Shown here: piece after piece, positions 60,266 to 64,000 of the stretch
Layout: each line of letters begins with the position of its first letter
Numbering within the stretch: the stretch's first letter is position 1
Assembly: GCA_044224875.1 (NCBI GenBank)
Contig: JBGAJQ010000009.1
Coordinates: 54,839-118,838, forward strand
Source: Gemmatimonadaceae bacterium
Lineage (GTDB): Bacteria > Gemmatimonadota > Gemmatimonadetes > Gemmatimonadales > Gemmatimonadaceae
DNA length: 64,000 nt
Reading direction: 5' to 3'
Position numbers and translations under genes: made by a program
The notes under the pieces: model-generated
Told to the model about the DNA's origin: nothing
Seen by the model: the letters and a program-made list of their open reading frames with translations, nothing else
Database searches by the model: none

Positions 60266-60805
60266 ATGCATCGCGCACGGCTAACCATCGCGTTGGTCCT
60301 CTTTCAGAGCGCCCTGACGGTACCTGTCGCAGCTCAACGCCCTCTTATTTCACAGCAGGCACTCATCACGATCGTGGAGAACCACAAGGGTGCGGTGCTC
60401 CGCTACATTGACGCCGCGCCTGATTCGATGCTGGGCTTCCGACCCACGAAGGGAGTGCGCACGTTCGCCGAGCAGATCGAACACGCCGCCGGGAGTGACG
60501 CCTTCATCGCCCACTTGGCGATAACCGGAAAACCGACGGTGCCACCGATGGGCGATTCCGCCGTCTACCTGCACAACAAGGCAGCGCTCAAGACCTATGC
60601 GGCCGCGGCGATGGATCATACGATCGGCATGTTGAAGGGCGTGAGCGATGCCGCGATGGAAGAACAGATCGTACAATTTGGCGTGAAGATGACGCGGGCT
60701 CGTGCCCTAATGGAGTTGCTCGACCACTTTCCGTGGACGCTCGGGCAGACCGTGCCCTACCTTCGAATGAACGGCGTGACGCCGCCAGAATATTCGCCCT
60801 TCTGA
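60266..60805 (+). CDS. DinB/YfiT family protein with signal peptide
   Basis: FRPTKGVRTFAEQIEH, DHFPWTLGQTVPYLRMNGVTPP. Confidence 0.8.
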   Translation: MHRARLTIALVLFQSALTVPVAAQRPLISQQALITIVENHKGAVLRYIDAAPDSMLGFRPTKGVRTFAEQIEHAAGSDAFIAHLAITGKPTVPPMGDSAVYLHNKAALKTYAAAAMDHTIGMLKGVSDAAMEEQIVQFGVKMTRARALMELLDHFPWTLGQTVPYLRMNGVTPPEYSPF

Positions 60806-60917
60806 GTTCGAGGCGCGACAGGCGCGACAGAAGGGTCGCAACGATCGGCCCGGCGCTCGGTTGAACAGCTCCACGAGAACGTGCGGTACGAGTTGCGGCT
60901 CTCAGGGATTGCGTGGC

Positions 60918-60968
60918 GAAGGACTCGGCGACGGGCTACACTCTCAACGCCCCCTCGCCGAGTCCTTC
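60918..60968. repeat. 14-bp perfect inverted repeat hairpin
   Basis: GAAGGACTCGGCGA (60918-60931) / TCGCCGAGTCCTTC (60955-60968) with an inner GGGC/GCCC pair. Confidence 0.7.
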
Positions 60969-61010
60969 TAGTAGGCGACTACCAACTTCGTGCACGCCGC
61001 ACGGTTCACC

Positions 61011-61544
61011 ATGCCGACCATCCAGCCGTCAGCACCAACAACACGCACGCGCGTTGTCCGTTGGATTCGCGCAGGACTGCTCACCGGTGTTGTGGACGGA
61101 CTCTTCTCGAGCGTACTCAGCGTATTCTTCTATCACTCGACGGCGACGCGTCTGTTTCAGGGGGTCGCCGCGACCCTTCTTGGTCAGGGGGCACTGGAGG
61201 GCGGTACACAAACGGCGGCTATTGGCCTCCTGATGCACTTTGGGGTGGCATTCACCTGGTCCGCCATCCTGCTCCTACTTGTCGACCATACCACTCGACT
61301 CCAGCGGCTGCTGCAAGCACCGCTCGGCACCGTGAAGCTGTCGGTGGTCTGGGGGCCGCTCATCTGGGTGACCATGTCGTGCCTTGTGATTCCCGTGGTG
61401 GGTCACCGCGCGCCGGTCTTTAACGTGCGATGGTGGATACAGTTTTTCGGTCACATGGTGTTCGTCGCACTGCCGATGGTGAGCATGGTCGCAAGCCGTG
61501 CCCGAATGCGAGAAGCGTCGACGTTTACTCCGCGGTCCGCTTAG
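61011..61544 (+). CDS. Hypothetical four-TM membrane protein
   Basis: AGLLTGVVDG, RLFQGVAATLLG, GLLMHFGVA, GHMVFVALP. Confidence 0.7.
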   Translation: MPTIQPSAPTTRTRVVRWIRAGLLTGVVDGLFSSVLSVFFYHSTATRLFQGVAATLLGQGALEGGTQTAAIGLLMHFGVAFTWSAILLLLVDHTTRLQRLLQAPLGTVKLSVVWGPLIWVTMSCLVIPVVGHRAPVFNVRWWIQFFGHMVFVALPMVSMVASRARMREASTFTPRSA

Positions 61545-61660
61545 GCTACCGAAGTACGACGCGGTGTGCGGCCATTGTGACCGGAAACACCGTTGCAGCT
61601 CCAGTGCCTCACGCGTCCTTGTGTCGCAGCGACCATTGAGTCCCCTCACGAGCGACACAC

Positions 61661-63229
61661 GTGACCACACCTTCCTTTCCATTCATCGCCGTCGCCACGA
61701 TCACCGAGTCGATCGGACCACTTGATCGATCCGCAAAGTACGCTGATCCGTTAGACAGCACGCTGCGGTCGGCGGGGCTCGGCATGGTCACCGGCGGCGG
61801 CTCGCAGATGGACGCTTCGCGTCAGATCGCCTTCGTAGACATCGAAGTATCTCTCGCTGACTTGGAGGGGTCGATCGATCTGCTGCGTACCACATTGCAG
61901 CGCCTCGGTGCCCCGTCCGGTTCAGTCCTGTCCTTCGAGCGTAACGGAACCATCGCCGTCATCTCTGTTGCAACTGGCGAGGCATCTCCAATGCCCGACG
62001 CCGGGGCCAAGGCCATGCAGCGCCGCCTGCTCGATCCTGCGTCGCACGTCGTCCCTACGTACGATCAGAATGACGTGCTCCGGACGGCAGAACGCCTCCT
62101 GGCATCGTATCGTTCGCTCTTTGTCGACTCGTATCCACTCGGCCCTATCGACCCCGATGCCTATGAGCGCGACGTGTTCGCGTGGTACGACACCACGGGC
62201 GTCGAGCTCGCGACACTCGGGTTCACGCCACTCGGCGATCTCAAGATCGTCAAGGAGCACGGACAGCGCGAACCAGGCGCCGGCCCGTTCGCTCGACGCT
62301 TCCTGTCGAGTGATCATGCGCACCGCATGGACATCTTCCAGATCAAGTCACCCAAGACGCAGGACTGGGTGCGCGTGGTGAACATGGTCACGGAACTGAG
62401 CGACGGCTGCTACCTCTGGACGACGACCGCGGAGAAGCACTGGAACACGCCCGCACACGTGATCGGAGAGAACCTGCCCGCGGGAACTCCCGTCCGCGAC
62501 CTGTTGGCGGCGCACCAAGCTCGGCTTGCGGCGTACACGGCCGAGCATCCTGGCAGTCAGGTGGTTGAGCTGACGAGCCTTGAGAGCGTGCTGGATTCCG
62601 AGAACCGATGTCAGGCGCTGACCGCCGCGTTCCGACGCGCGCAGGGGGTGCCGACGATCGACGAGTTGTTGCGGTTGGGCTCCGAGCGGACGCTCGCCAC
62701 ACTCGCGCACGCCGAAATGCGACGGTTGGCGTTTGGAGACATTGCGACGGCGACTGGAGCGTGGCACGTGACAACGGTCGACCTGCCGCACGCGAGCAGC
62801 GGCCCCATGGGGTTACGCGACCTCATCGACTTCTCGCTGGAGCAGGGCATCCGGCAGGTTGAAGCTGCGGGGTCGCCGCTCCACCCGTTCCTGATCGAGG
62901 GGAATGGGCGCGCGCACTTCTTCATGCGCGAATCGGGCGATGCGGACCCGATGGAAATCGCACTCCAAACACTACGTACCGCGGCCCATGGAGCCACGAC
63001 CTGCGCGCTCGTCATCGACGCACGCATCACGCTGACTGGCGGGAAGAAGACGGACGCGATCCTGGTGATAGCGTCTGAGCGCGGAGTACCGGAGGGTGAG
63101 ATGTGGGCGCAGGCGTATCGGCCGAAGGGCTTCCTGCGCTCCTTCAAGCGCTTGCCAATGCGAGAGCGTGTGGGATCTTCACGGAACCTCTTCGACGAGG
63201 CAGTGGCAGTCCCAGCCAATGCGCCGTAG
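61661..63229 (+). CDS. Hypothetical multi-domain protein
   Basis: 522-aa ORF with coding-like codon usage and three apparently separate globular blocks. Confidence 0.7.
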   Translation: MTTPSFPFIAVATITESIGPLDRSAKYADPLDSTLRSAGLGMVTGGGSQMDASRQIAFVDIEVSLADLEGSIDLLRTTLQRLGAPSGSVLSFERNGTIAVISVATGEASPMPDAGAKAMQRRLLDPASHVVPTYDQNDVLRTAERLLASYRSLFVDSYPLGPIDPDAYERDVFAWYDTTGVELATLGFTPLGDLKIVKEHGQREPGAGPFARRFLSSDHAHRMDIFQIKSPKTQDWVRVVNMVTELSDGCYLWTTTAEKHWNTPAHVIGENLPAGTPVRDLLAAHQARLAAYTAEHPGSQVVELTSLESVLDSENRCQALTAAFRRAQGVPTIDELLRLGSERTLATLAHAEMRRLAFGDIATATGAWHVTTVDLPHASSGPMGLRDLIDFSLEQGIRQVEAAGSPLHPFLIEGNGRAHFFMRESGDADPMEIALQTLRTAAHGATTCALVIDARITLTGGKKTDAILVIASERGVPEGEMWAQAYRPKGFLRSFKRLPMRERVGSSRNLFDEAVAVPANAP

Positions 63230-63465
63230 TCGTCCAGCTGAACGCCGTCAGTAACGCGGCACCGTGTATGGCGGACTCGGACAGAGTGACCGAAGCCGCC
63301 GAGTCTGGCGCTCTTCGACCACATTGAGACCGTATTGATAACTGTGGTGAGCGGAAGACAGCTTGCGCAGTGTCGGCGCGACTCGTACGCTTGGTCCGCC
63401 GGGGTCACCTAGGCGGGCAGGTTGGGCCCTGTTGAGCAGTTCAAAAACTCCAGCAGGGAGCCAAC

Positions 63466-64000
63466 ATGGTCATACGTCGCATTGCGGCGCTCATTGCCGT
63501 CGTCACTGTCGGAGCCTGTTCGCGAGACGCAGCCGCGCCAAGCCTCGGGCCAACAGCTATCGAAAGCGACGCCGCGTTCCTGAGCGGTGTGTCGGGAGGA
63601 ACGATCCAGGCGGCCAACCAATGGACGCCCCTTGCCAGCCTTCCCCAGGCCCGGGCGTACACGGTCACTGCGCCGGCGAACGGTAAGCTGTATACGATTG
63701 GCGGTTCGGACCTCGTCGCCATCTACAACTTGGTGAGCGAGTACGACCCAGCGTCGAACACCTGGACGAACAAGGCGCCGCTGCCGGTGGCGCTCAATTC
63801 GCAGTTGGGCGCCACGGTGGTCGGGTCAGTCATCTACGTTCCCGGCGGCTGGAACGGGACAGCATACCAGGACGGCCTGCTCAAGTACGACGTAGGGACG
63901 AACTCCTGGAGCAATGGGGCCAACATGCCGATTCCGGGGGCGTGCGGCGGCTCTGGGTTGATCGGGTCCTTCATCTACGTGGCGATTGGCTGCGACAACG
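63466..64000 (+). CDS. Kelch-repeat lipoprotein (3'-partial)
   Basis: Hand translation: AGGGAG RBS, MVIRRIAALIAVVTVGAC lipobox, NGKLYTIGG..YDPASNTWT, VIYVPGG..YDVGTNSWS. Runs off the window end and is absent from the ORF track. Confidence 0.88.
   Translation, partial: MVIRRIAALIAVVTVGACSRDAAAPSLGPTAIESDAAFLSGVSGGTIQAANQWTPLASLPQARAYTVTAPANGKLYTIGGSDLVAIYNLVSEYDPASNTWTNKAPLPVALNSQLGATVVGSVIYVPGGWNGTAYQDGLLKYDVGTNSWSNGANMPIPGACGGSGLIGSFIYVAIGCDN

Overview
GC-rich bacterial chromosome segment. The gene content and protein style suggest Gemmatimonadota (inference, no marker gene seen). Bases 1-55,066 hold ordinary envelope and metabolic genes: a TolB-repeat amidohydrolase, an outer-membrane barrel, a GGDEF cyclase, a TetR-TolC-MFP-RND efflux operon with a perfect operator palindrome, an ABC/EamA/aromatic-amino-acid decarboxylase/FabF operon, an ABC-permease/M1-peptidase fusion, patatin, MscL with a Zn-ribbon tail, PhzF, P5C dehydrogenase, nfo, a SWIB protein, lepB, a penicillin acylase, RidA, an orphan GroES with a bacilliredoxin, a NatAB-like ABC pair and ModBC/WtpBC. 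Bases 55,100-64,000 look accessory. The best candidate for an undescribed system is at 55,098-57,489. Two tandem paralogous small proteins each carry a C-terminal (HYPC)PPNCP motif that is knocked out of frame at nearly the same spot in both copies. They are followed by a multi-TM membrane protein that overlaps a single-TM HisKA_3 histidine kinase, which suggests a peptide-signal / split-sensor module. Also seen: a Rieske oxygenase C-terminal remnant, a membrane gene interrupted by an in-frame TGA, and a recurrent YGTTAGG heptamer. No rRNA, tRNA, CRISPR array, transposase or integrase was recognised. All family calls come from motif recognition by eye, not database searches.
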